The position numbers were made by a program, and so were the translations under genes. Source: Callorhinchus milii (taxonomy: Eukaryota). From it: a DNA stretch of 64,000 nucleotides. Within the stretch, counting starts at the first letter, position 1. Every line of letters begins with the position of its first letter. Where the stretch lies: NCBI RefSeq assembly GCF_018977255.1, contig NW_024704742.1, positions 101,310,001 through 101,374,000 of the forward strand, given 5' to 3'. Positions 13,988 to 27,967 of this stretch are shown piece after piece. The notes beneath the pieces were generated by a model. It was given only the letters and a program-made list of their open reading frames with translations, was not told where the DNA came from and made no database searches.

Positions 13988-16074
13988 TATCAAGGGCCAT
14001 CTGTTGGTAACCAAACCTGATCTTATCCATACCCGACATCTACATGTGTGATAACCTTAGTCAATTAATGTACTATAATTTAGAATGTTTATATCTATTA
14101 TTACCACGACTCATGTAAACAGGGCATCATGTTTCCGGTGTTCTTAATATACCAATGAACAACAAATATTACACACCCAGCATAAAATGCTTATAAAATC
14201 TCTGATTTCTTCTGAAGTCCAGAATTGCAGACTGCGGCTCAATTTGATTATTCTGTTGATTGTATAGAAAACCAATGCCTGGGGACATATACCTCACAAT
14301 CTCTTCTTTGAGCCTAATAAATTCTGGAAGTACATTATTGGGTGTGTGGAGTAAGGAAACTTGCCAAAGGATGGTGCAAAATGTGAAAAAGTTTTCAAGT
14401 CTTCAATTGGAAGCCGGTTTTCTGTAGTTCTTAAATAAAACAACCTAAATTAAGCCTGAACTGAAGATCTGTTTCCACAATTAGAAGTGGTTTAAATTTA
14501 GGTCTCATACTCTTTGTGCATTCATCCTGACAATTTCACTTTGATTAGTGAAGTCTTAAAGTTTCAGCCTGATCAATCTGACCTTTCTCAGAAAGTATCT
14601 CTTCTCAGAAGCGCAATTTAAAGGTAAAGCTGGTGGTTGTGGAGTTTCAGTAGTGGGAAGGGAAATATCAGGTACAACTGGAGGTTTGTAACAGCAAAAA
14701 AATTATCATAACTGTTAAGAGATTACCCTTACGCCTTCTTCCAACTGTATAAGAAGTTGTAAAATTGTTTTCAAAAGACCTGAGTTGCAACTGAACCTCA
14801 TCATAACCCGCTTCAGTGGCTCAGCAGCAACATTATAAGCAAAGCGTGAAAAATACTTGACTTTTAGGCTTTCAGGTTAATGCTATCACTTCCAGTGTGT
14901 TGAGCACAATAAAGGAACTGATATGGCTTCTTGCACATAAAATGGATGCCAGGTATACCATGCTTCCAGTTAGTGCTGGTATATAGGACACCAGCATTAT
15001 AAGGGAGGCTGTGCTACACTGGATGGTTGTTATAATGGTGTTACCTTGTGTTCTGCTTATTCTGCTTTGTGTCCTCAATGTGATGAACCTGTTGATATCA
15101 GTTAAATGGTATTCTGCCCAGTTCGCTCTATCTAGTGCCTTTGCCCCTGTATATGTATATATATGATAGTAATGTGATTTTAAATTATAAATAACATTAC
15201 ATTGTGCAAGTCAAATTAAATTATACATATAAAATTCCATTAATGCTTTGGGCTAACAAGCTCAAACTCATTGCACTTGAAACAACTGACAGCCTTTATA
15301 GAGAGAGAGAGAAGCATTTCATCCCGTTAGAACAGGCAAGATTTATGTGCAGTCTGAAAAGAGATAATCCAGCACTCTTACTCCTAATGCCATCTCTTCC
15401 TTTATCTTGATTCTGAATGACATTTGCTGGTGGGAAAGAAGTTTAGTCAGTCATGATTAAAGAGACAGCATCTTCAGCTTTAAAATGTGTTTAGTGAACT
15501 TTTTACCTCAGATTCATGAGCAAAACAATACCAAAGAGGTTATGTTGTATCGAATCTCATTTTATGCAATATCCTTTGTGTTGAATCCAATGGAAGTGTC
15601 TTCTTGCCTTTCTCCGTCCAATCAAACAAAAAGTTTAACAAAACAATTATCACAAGACTAGCATCCCTTTAACGCTACAAGAAATGACCATTTCTTGAAA
15701 GCATCCTTTAAAAGCAATTCTTAAGAAATTGATGAGTTTCCTTTAACATTGATAATTGGATGTCAGCCTGGCTCGCTTGGTAGCACTCTCGCCTCTGAGT
15801 CAGAAGTTTGTGGGTTCCAGCTCCAGTAAATGTTAAAATTGCTCTCAGCAACATGATAACAAATGCAAGGATCAATGTTATTGTTTAATAAATCTATATC
15901 AAGCATGAAAATAATACATTGCCAACAATAAATTTTTTTGAATAATTTCAGTATAAATGAGATGCACACCCTCTCAACTGTTACACTTAAAAGAACAACA
16001 TTCATTACAACGGATTGCGGCAGTCATATGGAAAAGGAAATAAGTTTTAAGAATTGGAATGATGAATTTGTTCA

Positions 16075-16660
16075 CCACAACAACAGCTTGTATTTGTAGT
16101 GTTTCACCGCCTGAACAATGACATGGCTTGATACCAAGCCGGAGAGAAACGGAGATGATCATAGGCTTGGTTGAAGATGAAAGTCTTCAGGTGCAATTTA
16201 AAGACAGGCAAAGAGGGGGCAAGGCAGAAGAATTGAAGCAAGGAGTTCCAGAGGTTTGGGGCTGCCAATGGTAAAACAGAGTAGATAAGAGACATGCAGA
16301 AGGATGGAACTAACTGAGCGAAGTGGACATATAGAGAAGTTTTAAATCAATTAGATTTTTATGAATGATGGAGAAAGGGAGAATGACAAGGAATGCACTG
16401 GAGAAATCGAGGCTTGAGGTGATGAAAGCATGGATAGGGTTTCAGCTAAATTGGATGTAAGTTATGATAGAAAGCTGGCGTAGGTAGAGGAAAGTGGTCC
16501 TGGTCGGGGACTGGAATGGGGTTGGAAGGACAGCTGGGGATTCATTCTGATGCTTAGGTTGTGCACAGGTTCGGTGAGTCTGAAGGACAAGCTGGGGAGG
16601 ATATGGAGGTCAGAGTTGCAGCTGAAAAAAATGTTACAGGAGCCAAGGAAGATGGCTGCC
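16075..16660 (-). mobile_element. Old L2 fragments
   Basis: APNLWNSL...FKLHLKTFIF; EPVHNLSIRMNPQLSFQPH. Confidence 0.75.
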
Positions 16661-16699
16661 ATCTTATCCATCCAAATATTCCTCAGGAATGCTTGAATG

Positions 16700-16910
16700 G
16701 CAAGAAAGGTTTGGATGAAGAAGGCGCTTCGACCCGTTTTATCTTTCTTCCAAGAATACCAACGATACCATCTTCCATTATGACATCTATTTGATTCTGA
16801 TATGAGACCAGTGTCCTGGCCTCTACCAAACCTTCTGGTAATCCCATTTTGCTGTTGAATACTTTTAGCTGTAAATAAATGTCTGGTGTCTGTTTTAAAA
16901 TTGCCCTTTG
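16700..16910 (-). mobile_element. Old CR1 3' remnant
   Basis: Minus strand reads KGNFKTDTRHLF and GLPEGLVEARTL, similar to the CR1 ORF2 terminus. Confidence 0.5.
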
Positions 16911-18639
16911 GCTATAGACAAATGTCAGATTGATCAGTCTTAAACATATTCACAGACTTCAATAATGAAAGTGAAGTGGGCAGGTTTGATGCAGGACAAC
17001 GACAACTTACAATTGTATAGCTGTTAGATTATATTTGAGATGTCTACTGTTTTTTAAAGCTTTTAATTAATCTATATATACGTTTAGAATGTAACCTACC
17101 CGTAATCTTTCAATAAGATTTGTTTGATTTAATGACTAGCTTAGCAGGGGTTAACAGTAGCTTTGCTGGACGGGCTGAGGTTAGCTTCTGATTACATTTT
17201 ATACTTTCCTGGGAAGATGTTCACTCCTCTGAGATATTGAGCAATTGGGTCCTTGAGCACAGATGTAAGAACAATGGACCACGGAAAGAAAAGGCTGCAG
17301 CCTCAGGCACTGCCTATCTCAAGGCTGAGAAACAAGCAGGCTGTGGAAGACTACCCAGACGTTTGTCAATATCTCTCTCTGTAAAGCAGCCTGCGAAGGT
17401 TTGGGGGGCTATCACTGTGACAAGAGGAGGTGGAGTTAGAAACACATAAAAGAAAGTTGTAACTTTGGAATAGTTGGAGTTGTGTAGAGGGTCAGCAAAG
17501 TTACCAATGGAATCAATATCAATCCTACTGTATCTATGTATATGTACAGGGGTGAGGGAATTTACCTCCAGTAAGAAAATGACCATTAAAAGTGAAAGAG
17601 GCAGAGAATAACAGTAGTTCAAGAAGTAGCGAAGGATAAACAGATCCAGGCGCCATGTCATCTACTGTCCAGAGTCCGAGAAACGGGTAACATGGTCTTA
17701 ATTCTGTAATTATTGCTTAAGATACATTTTGTATTGTTAATTTTGCTTATGTTACAAAAATCTTATGTTACGATAAACCCATTTGGGATTGTCAGATTGT
17801 TCATTGATTCGGTATTTATAAAGGGAAGCCTTTCCTAAATACCAAAATAGTCCCTTTTATGTTCATGAGGATGCCCAAGGTGCTGGACAGGCAGGGATTT
17901 GGCCCTGAGCAAGGGGTTGGGAGGTGGATAGCAGGGAGGGTAGGGGTAAGAGGGCATCCGAAGGTACAGTCAAAGATACAGAATCATATCAAGACCCATA
18001 CAGTATCATACCAGGACCCATACGGCATCCTATTTGTAAACCAATCTACTCTGAACACATCAAAAATTGTTTCTGATACCTCATATGCAATTAGAGATAA
18101 ATTCAGTAAAGATTTGCGAGTTAAAAATTTGTACTTTGCAGCTTTTGTACCTCTGACCCACAGATCAACAGAAACTCAAAGAAACTAGCTCGCACTCTGT
18201 TCCTATCATCATGCTTTCATTTTGGTCAGCCTGACACATGTGTAAACCCATCACAATGTTTAAGAGTACCCAAACCACCTCAAGAATATCATAAATGATA
18301 AAGAATATCATAATGTTAAACCTGAGTTGCTAACAGCTTCCTTTGTTTATCGTAATTAAGTACAGAGGAATACTACACATCAGTAAGATAGCCAAGCATT
18401 AACCAGTCATATTCACTTGTAGGGTTAGATAAATACATTGTGATCCTATGAAAAATTTCTTACAGCTTCACTGTGCTCTCTGATCGGACAACTCAGAACA
18501 TCTACCAAGTGCTTTCAATGGCAAATGTAACCTTCGAAGTAACCCAAAGTAACAATTTTGTAGTTACAGATAATATATCATGTAAAATATATTTGAAGAC
18601 AGATAAGGTAAAATATAACTTTGCAAGATTTGCAAGAGG

Positions 18640-20150
18640 TATAGCAAGTCCTTTGCTGCATCTTCTGAATTCCACAACTCCCCCCAACTTGGTGTCATTT
18701 GTAAATGTAACTATCTTACACTGGATCTGTGAATCCAAGTCATTAATATATATAAGGAACAGGAGCATCTTGGTATAGACTCCCCAAAGGATCCCACTTA
18801 ATACCTCCCCCATGTTAATCCAGCCCCCCTGATAAAGGCTCTCTACTTCTTCCCTTCAGCCAATTCTGAATCCATGTCCATCTCTTGAGACACAATGATA
18901 TCAGTTTGTGAAGGAAACTTCCATGTGGATCTCTGCCAAACACTTTTGGAAATTTAGGTATAATATCATATGCTTTTCTCAGTCAATTTGTGATGGCACC
19001 TCCTCATAAAAGTCTATGAGATTGCTCAGACAAAATCCATAGCATAGATGTGTTCAAGGGAAAGCTAGATAGGAACATGAAGGAGAAAGGAATAGAAGGT
19101 TATGCTTGAAGGCTTAGTTGAGGAAGGGCAGGAGGAGGCGTATGTGGAGCATAAACACCGGCATAGACCAGTTGGGCCGAATGGCCTGTTTCTGGGCTAT
19201 ATATTCTAATGTATTCTAATGTATCCCTTCTGAATCCATGTTGGCCTTCATTTATTACATTATTTTATGCAAGTAATCTTCCATTTCCTTTTTGATGATT
19301 GACTCCATAATTTTTCCAATTATTATATTAATGGTTCTGTCACTTTTCACGAACATAGGAACTACATTTGTTTGCTTCCAGTCTGTTGGAACCTCACCAG
19401 TTGTGATTGACTCCTCAAAGTGTCTGTCAATGCTACACAAATCTTATGACCACTATGTCATCTTACTATGAATCAAAGAGTTCAAGCAGCATCTGGACAG
19501 TGGATTGAGTCAGTCTCCACAGCTTCCTTCACACAAGGGGAAGGAGGAAAACTACACAGATGGATACACACCATGCAAAGGAACAAACAGGACACTTTTA
19601 CTGCAACACAAATGTAGGATTGAGCCTGATGTACTGTAACCATAAACTCAGATGAGCCACTGAACCAGCCATGACATACCATTTTCCAGTTCCAGTAATC
19701 CTACGGTTCCTGTGAATAGCATTCCTTAATTTGCACCATTAATGTTGAATAATTGGAAGTTTTGTGGGGAAACTCATGTCCATTGGGAATATTTAAACTA
19801 CTTCACCGAAGTCCCTTAATAATAGTCAATCAGTCAACGGTTCTATTATTTGAACAAATAAAAGAACAAAAGTTCCAATTCAGAGTATAGTCAGGGAACA
19901 GCCCACATAATGTATAGGGTTGCCACCTTCCATGATGATAAAGCACTTCAATCAAATCCAGTAGAATTTGTACCTTTTGCTTTCAGTCACAAAAGTAATC
20001 ACCTAGAGCATTGGGTGACAAAAATTAGCTACAGAACAAATTAAACAGTGCCACTGTCCATTACTTTATGGAATCTGTACCCCATATTCCACCTGCACCT
20101 AGAATTCAATGTTCTGCCATCTGGTATATGGTGAAGGAGATCATTACACA
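18640..20150 (-). mobile_element. Old CR1 LINE fragment (RT and upstream region)
   Basis: LFLIYINDLDSQIQCKIVTFTNDTKLGG; GEVPTDWKQTNVVPMF; left and right limits approximate. Confidence 0.75.
19040..19223 (+). mobile_element. CR1 3' end nested antisense in the older CR1
   Basis: Same subfamily as the 6143 tail; ends tattctaatgtattctaatgta. Confidence 0.85.
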
Positions 20151-21283
20151 TTAATACTGACAGTAAACAATAGATTAATGTATTTTTTAATCACACTTGT
20201 GAGATTTTTATAAAGGCAAAGTGAATGAGTATCAAATATTTGGAGACTCAGCTGGGAAGCTCCAATTGGCCTAAGTGTCCTTGGTTTAAGGAGGGGAAAA
20301 TTAGCTGAAATTCTTGCTCCTGGTCACAATACAGCAATCGCTGTGGGAAGTCAGATGGTGAAGACAGGATGAGGACAGGATGCAGTGCCTCCAGCAGTCA
20401 AATGGCCAGCAGACACTATCAAGGCTTAAGGATCAGTATCATCTATTTTGGCAAAGTATTGTAAAGCATCCTTGGGACTGGACACTACCATGAGTCACAG
20501 TTTCAAGAGAGGTTNAAAAAAAAATGGTAATTTAAAACAAATGAGATGTCACAATAAAGAGTGGATTTAATCATTGAGTAAATTCATAAATTGAATGAAT
20601 GAGCAATGGAAATCCTGATAGTTTAAAATAATGGGATCAATTCCTGACTGGATTTGAACAAATATTTAATACACACACAAATACACACAGGCATGCTTTT
20701 AATTGCTACTCTATTTACAATACTGAATCATCTCACTAAATAGTTGTTTTATCAAGTATTGGTAAATAATTAAGTACTTATTGAACACACTGAATGTGTT
20801 TGCTGAATGTGTGTTATAAAATAGTGAGTACCTGGTGAAAATTAATGAATGAAATTAATGAGTCCTTTGATCAATTACTTGAGGTGAACTGATGTGAACC
20901 TCAATGTCCTCAGGCCATTTGCAAAGCTGCGTCAGTTGCTTCTGTTTTTTATATTCCTTCTCCTGGGTTCCTTTCCACTGATCCAATGGCTAATATATCA
21001 CTGAAACCTGCTCTGAATGGTGCTGATGGGGTAATGGGAAGTTTACTCAGGTCCTAATACTCTTTTATCCACTATCCTGGCTCCTCCCTCACATTTTCCA
21101 GTTACCAGAACAGAACAATTAGAACCCCTCCCCCCACACCCCGCTCCTGTACTTAGACTAACTTGTTCCCTTCCCTTCTCAGCAAAGAAAAAGTTACACT
21201 AAGCTCTTGATAACTCATCACTCGAAGTTAAAATGGCTCAGGAACGAGTTATCCGGAGTGGCGAGTTAGGCATGGGTCCTCCC

Positions 21284-21302
21284 TGGACACAAGGGGGCGC
21301 TG
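21284..21302 (+). promoter_or_regulatory. Candidate CTCF binding site
   Basis: TGGACACAAGGGGGCGCTG versus the core consensus TGGCCACCAGGGGGCGCTA; CpG retained; lies in non-TE-looking sequence. Confidence 0.5.
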
Positions 21303-23118
21303 TGAGTATGTATTGTGCATACCAACACACACTGCCAGAGCGAGCAGCTGTCAGTATGATGGAGCAGCCCCAGCCCCCGTGACTCTCAGTTCATTTGTTA
21401 AAACCTGTTTAAGTATAATTATATATATATATAGGCATGTGTGTCTATTAATGTGCTTATTTTCTGTTTCCTCTCGCTTATTTCTGTTACTGTATTTGAA
21501 CCTGTGTACTTCTCGGGAGATGTACTAAAGAACAAAGATACTGTACTTCCAGGTTATATGTGAAAACAAAATATCTTCATGTTTGCTTTGGGTCATAGCA
21601 AGTTATTTCATCTATTTTACATTGAGTGTAATTACGAAAATTTCTACTGGAATGTAACCAACTAAAACTACATAGCTTTCAAATTCTCTCCTGCAGTGGT
21701 ACCGCTTTGCTCATGCTTCCCCTTTTCAGATCACGCCTGAAGACCTTCCCCTTCCCCTGTGGTACAGACACCGTTTACCATTACTCGACATCAGGCTCCA
21801 CCACTGTTAAGTGCTCAGAGGTGCTTCTCTGCATGAAGGGCGCCATATTAATGCAAGTTGTTGTTGTTGCTGTACCTTGCCATTAAAAGCACTGTCTGGT
21901 AAATGTCCAGTTCCTTGTTCTTTGACAACCCGATCCATTATGGGCTTGGCAACTCTTCATAAGAATCTTCCTTGAGGTAGTCTCGCAGTTCTTGCCATCA
22001 TTTACACATCCATAGCTTCAAACCAAACATACTACATTTATGGATCAACGTCCTGGGAGAACTCCCGATTAACAGAAAAATCTCAGCGTAATTGCCGATT
22101 AAGTGAAGCTCTCAATTGATGCAAGGTGGGAGATTTGTGGGCAGTTCACAATTCTTTATTGTTTTTCTAATTAGCTTGAATTCAGGAGGTGTAAAAAACC
22201 ATTTTATACTTCAAGTAGCAAGTACCATCTTGCCAAGATAATATAATTCATTTCTGCTCAAAGGTGATAAAAGAGGTGTTTAACACTGAGAACCAAGGTT
22301 GAAATCCACGATTGGCACTGAAGCTGCAGATACAAACCCAGCCAATTCTTCAAATCATCACTCTTCATAGAGCCTCACACAGGGAAGGCGACACTGACAC
22401 TCCCTGATTATATCCACTTTACTCCTCCCCTGACTCATGTTGCCAACAACATTTAGCACTTTGCTAACATGTCCATTATTCACATGTTGGTCTGAACAGT
22501 GAGTGTAAGCCAGCTGGTCTACTGTAGAGGGCGGCACAACTGAGCCCAATCGGGCACCCATCCAATATTTACACCCATGCACCTTACAGCAGGAGTCAAC
22601 TGGATAGTAATCAAAAGCAGCAGGAATGATGGCTGCTGATCCTTACACCCCACACCAAAATGGTTTTGTTTAAACAGCAGCTGAAAGAGATAGCCAACAG
22701 AATGGGACAGATGCAGTAGCAGATATGAATGAATCATTGCTGTGTGAGCGGTATGGAAAGGAGAGGTACAGACAGTCCTACCTCATTTATACTAACTTGA
22801 CTGAATTGCCACCAACATAAAATCTTCCCCTGAAGTTCATCGAGTTGATTGTAACATCAGCTCAGTGCATGCAAATTTATGTCACCATCAAAAGTTGAAA
22901 GAATGTTAATTTGAGGTCCAATTTTGCATCATAACGAAGAGAACTTGAGTTTTAGACTCTGCAATAAATGGTTTCCAATGCAGCCACTTACTTTCTGACA
23001 GCTACACATAAAAGGCTGATCCATCTGTATCTGTTCTCTTTGTTATTTTAGACATGCCTAATAAAGCAACGGATTGTAATAGTTTTCAACTTGTGAATTC
23101 ACACCAAGCAATAATTCT

Positions 23119-23400
23119 ACAACAATAACAACTTGCACTTATATAGCGCCCTCCACGCAGGGTAGTGTCTCAGAGCACTTAACAGTGGCGAAGCCTGACT
23201 CCAAGACAGGGGGAGGGGGGAGGTGGCCGTAAGCACGGTCGATCAGGAAAGTTTTCAAGTGGGACTTGAAAGAGGGGAGAGAGGGGGTAAGGTGGAGGGA
23301 TTGAGGGAGAGTGTTCCAGGGTTTGGGGCCGTAGTGGCTGAAAGCACAATCTCCGATGGTAGGGCGGAAGGTGTGAGGGACGAGCAGGAGGCCAGTGCTT
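23119..23400 (-). mobile_element. L2 3' end
   Basis: acaacttgcacttatatagcgcc tail plus FKSHLKTFL motif on the minus strand. Confidence 0.8.
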
Positions 23401-24072
23401 AATGCTGTAGTTTAAGCCAGTTTTAATAAATAAAATGCATAGTATATGTTACATTTGCCAATTTCCTGTATTGAGCCTCTGACATACATTCAATAAATTG
23501 CAACATTTGGCACTTTCCTCCTTTTTGCCCTGAGCTAACACACATTCTCACATGAGGATCAAAACCAAGGAGTGAGGGGGATATTACATGCAGACCGTAC
23601 TGTAACAGGCATCACAGTAAGTGAAAAACATTGCAGCCTTCGCCAAGATACCACCCTTTATGTGAACCCTTTTCATTAGATCTAATGTCAGAAGGGGCCA
23701 CAAAAAGTTATCTCTATTCTAAATAAAATCCTAGAACAAGGCACAAGCAGGTTTCCAATTATCTCTTCCTACTCTCCATTCATTGCTAATTGTCCGTTTT
23801 TGCTGTTGTTCTAAGACTCAGTTTCTCAGGAAACTGCTCAAACTGCACAGAAATGTTTGATTTCTTCACAAAAATAGTATATGTATGTATATTGTATCTC
23901 TGACCTGTCCAAAAATACTGTATGGTTGACAGAATCATCTTGATTTAAAAAAAAACTTGAAATAGAAGCATGTCATAACATGTTAAAACAAATAAATCAC
24001 GTTAAATGTGGGTAGAATTTAGGGGATTAATACTGCTGAAAGGAATACTATATCTCCATCTAAAAGACACAT

Positions 24073-24803
24073 GTCAGCTTGGCTCAATTGGTAGTACTCT
24101 CACCACTAAATCTGAAAGTTGTGGTTGAAGCCCCATGTTGGGACTTGGAATGCTATCATCTAAGGCGACACTCCAATGTAGTGCTGGGCCTGCTCTGCAT
24201 CGTTGGAGGTGCCGCCCTTCAGACAAGCTACTAAACCAAGGTCACATTTGCCTGTTCAGATGCACATTAAAGATTCCATGGCACTATTTGAGAAGAGAAG
24301 GACTTTCTCTTGGTGTCCTGGCCAATAATCCCCCAAATGAAATTGATCACACACTTCATTTGGAGAGGGGAGGTGAGGAGAAATTGATGGGAGGTGAGGA
24401 GAAATGTTTTCTCACGACGACTTGTTTGGATCTGGAATGCATTACCTGAAAGGGTGGTGGAAGCCGATTTGATAACAACTTTTAAGAGAGAAGTATATAA
24501 TTATTTGTGGAGGACAAGTTTGCAGGGCTATGGGGAGAGAGCGGAGGAGTGGGATTGATTTGAATAGCTCTTTTCAAAGAGCTGGCACAGACACAATGGG
24601 CCGAATGGCCTCCTTCTGTGCTGTATAATTCTATGATTCTATGATTCATGGTGGTTTGGGGACATTGCTTTGCACAAATTGGCTGCCACGTTTGCCTACA
24701 AATACACAGTCTCTACACCTCACTGTATATCCTGTAAAACACTTTGAGACATACTCCTGATGTGAAAGGCTATATATGAGATGTAAGGAAGATTATTATT
24801 ATT
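24073..24803 (+). mobile_element. SacSINE1/DeuSINE-like element interrupted by CR1
   Basis: tRNA-like head ggctcaattggtagtactctc; Deu core gtgtcctggccaa...aaattggctgcc; (TTA)n tail. Confidence 0.8.
24360..24644 (+). mobile_element. CR1 3' end nested in the SINE
   Basis: Same family as 12030; (ATTCTATG) tail; 5-bp TSD ttcat at 24355-24359 and 24645-24649. Confidence 0.88.
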
Positions 24804-27800
24804 GTAAGACATGTGGCATAAGAATAAAATACAAGAACTACATAATTTCACCTACTGCACGTCAGACACTGAAGCTCAACTAAGGATGTTAATAAATTTC
24901 ACAAAGTTTTTGAAGAATGTTTCATTTCCAAGAAAAATTAGAAAATTTAAATATTTTGCAACATTGTTTTTAACAGTTTAAACAGTTTACTATTTTTCCC
25001 AACTTTCTTCTCCATCCTTGTCCTCCTCTCCTAAAGCTGGTGACTCCTATGTGGATACTGTTTCACTATTGTCACTATCCTCTCCAGCACCTCATCAACA
25101 TGTCCATTCTACAAGTGTAACCCTGGACTGTGAGAATCAGCATGTTGCTTGACTCAGTGTGTGCATGTTATGTGGGAGCAGGGGTATGCTGCATTTTCAG
25201 AGGTAACATCTTTTAGATGAGATGTTAAGCCAAGGTCCTGTCTGCTTATCGACGATGTTAAAGATACTATGGCACTAATTGAAAAGAGAAGGGAGTATGT
25301 CCAGTGTCCTGGCCAGTAATCCCCAAATAAAAATGTGTCACTCACTACATGGCTGTTTGTGGGCACTTCTGTGCGTTTCGCCCACAAAATACATACAGTC
25401 ACATCACTTTACAGTATATCTTGCTTTCAGACGTCTTGGCAATGTGATAAGGCACTGTATCAAAGAGTTATTATAGGATTATTTATAACATGGCACGACC
25501 ACTGCGATAGAGATCAACTAACTCAGCATCGAACAGGGATCAAATCTGGGACTTTACTTATCGATATGACTTAGTAACACAACACACAAGCAATTTCCCC
25601 ACAAATCAGGAGCCAATGCTTAATGATTTTAATAGGTTTTTTGCAAGATTATAATGTAACATTTTCACACATACATACAGTCTATATATTTAAAATGCCT
25701 GAAACTCGAATTGAGCTAGTTTTCGAAGAACAAAGGAAAAACCTGCATTCTCTATAATAATAAAATAATCCTTGCATTTAATATATAAATTTGATGTATT
25801 AAAAAACATTAAAGTAATAGTAATAATAATTTGGTCACTCAATCCATGATTGTTTGTGGCACACCGCTGTGCGTAATCGGCTGCCACGTTTTACCCACAA
25901 AACAAAACACACAGTCACTACACTTTACAGTATATTCTGTGAAGCACTTTGAGACGTCTCAAAGATGTGATAAGGTGCTATAATAAATGCAAGTATTATT
26001 ATTATAGCGGCTTATCACGTCGTTGAGACATCTTTATGCTCTAACTGCTGATTAGCTCCTAAAAGGTGTGTTTATATTTACAGCAATACCAAACAATAAA
26101 TCAGAGGGTACTGCAATCTGTCATTTCCCTATATTTTACAGTTTGGAGCATGTCCATATTTCTCATTATGTGTATTTGAAAGCAATATTTTCCAGCACTA
26201 GAAATGGAAATACACAGAATGCACAAAACCATAATGCCAGAGAGCAGACAACATCCTCTCTCTCTCTCTAAAATATATGACCTTCACAAGAGCAAAATTG
26301 CTGTCTTATACAATCACAATAACCAGACTTAGGGCTCCAATTCCACTGAGGAGAACCAAGGTTAGAGAGCATTCCACATTGCAGCACTTTGAACAAAAGC
26401 AGCAGCCTTGACAAAACCTCTATTTACTATTTGAACTGTGCAGCAGTCAACCACAATGGACAATAGCCAACAATGCATATAACATTCTAACCTCTGACAA
26501 CCTTCCCTTTTTAGAAAACATTTTTTTAAAAAAACAGAAACAATTTTCCCCTATTTTCTACCTTTGAAGCTTCCTGTCTCTATGCTGTCTTCCTTGTTTC
26601 TAAGGAGAAGGTAAGCTTTCCGTGATATCCATTGGTGGTATCAATGCTGCTCTTTGATAAACTTCCTAGGAGATGGAGTAGATCAATATGGTTGATTGCT
26701 AAGGAAAATGGACCTCATCAGGCAGTTTTTTCCTCCATCTTTTCTCTGAATAGACGACCAAGAATGGCAATTAACTCCACAGACACAGTCAGAGAATGAG
26801 TGCTGATTGAGATTAAAATTCAAATTTGCTAGCTGAGAATTTGTCCCTCAGGTAAGAATATGGATTTTTCATTAAACAATAAAACAAAACATAACCAAAC
26901 AAATACTGAGGCCTTTGAAAAATAAGCTGTGCATACGTGGGGGTAACATCAGAATCAACCATTAATAGAATAGGCTCCAGGCTGCAGATTAACAATGACA
27001 CAACCAGCACACAGCAATAACTCATGCAAGATGATGAAGCCTCAAGTCTTTGTTCTCTGTATGAATTATTTATAATAGTAATCTTTACATTTGATATAGT
27101 GGCTTTCACATTATAAAGATGTCTCAAAGCGCTTCACAGGATATACTGTAAAATGTAGTCACTGCAGTTGCAAGCAAACACCTGATCAAACCTTCATCAC
27201 ATAGTGAACTCCACTTGCTAACGCAGGCCTGCTGTCCCCGTCCCCCCCGACTCCTGTGCGCTATCATTGGTGGCCGTGTCTTCAGCCACTATGCCCTAAC
27301 CTCTGGAACTCCATGCCTCAATCCATTCGCCTTAACCCCCTCTATCTTTAAATACCATTTTAAAACCTAGCTCTTTGACCATGCTTATGGTCACCTCCCC
27401 TTCTCACTTGCTCAGCATCGAACCATGCCATTATGCAGCATTCAGAGATGCTGTCCTGTGTGAAGGGCGCTGTATAAATGTAAGTTGTTTTTGCAAAGTG
27501 TATGCAGTGGTCACTGCTATCAGCTGTGCTTCTTTGTAAGTTATCAGATTCAAAATGACCATTCAAAATGACATGCTGTGTTTGCAGACTGCCCCAACTG
27601 GTTTCACATGATGAGTTTACAGACTGCCCCAACTAGTTCCACATAGGATCATTATAACAACTTGCTAAACCTACCCTTCAGCTTCTTGGAGCACTTAACA
27701 GTGGCAGAGCATGACATTACAGCTGACAGACAGAGGAGACTTTCAATTCATCAATCACAGGATTCAAACTCAGGACCCATAGTTGAAAAGGCAGAGCATC

Positions 27801-27876
27801 AACTCAGTGCACCACTCAATCCCCACCAAATATATTTATTGTGTGAGTTGAAAGAATAAACAAGTATTCAGAATAC

Positions 27877-27967
27877 AAAAACAGAAGTCACTGGGAACAC
27901 TCAGAAGGTCAGGCAGCATCTATGAAGAAAGTGAGTCAATGTTTCCGGTCCATGACCCTTCGTCAGC
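27877..27967 (-). mobile_element. 91-bp solo Penelope pLTR fragment with hammerhead core
   Basis: Homologous to 54511-54605; intact CTGACGA and GAAAC boxes; flanked by the 11-bp direct repeat attcagaatac (27866-27876 and 27968-27978). Confidence 0.85.

Noticed and set aside
14360..14830. Pro-rich minus-strand frame (KPPVVPDISLPTTETPQPPALP...RYFLR) as PRR16 exon 2 or a Gypsy integrase tail
   Set aside because: Short, bounded by stops and lacking PRR16 motifs (VVDQID, RVRFNEKV); the Gypsy resemblance is too weak to call.
20515..20515. Ambiguous base n
   Set aside because: Assembly ambiguity beside a poly-A run; not biological.
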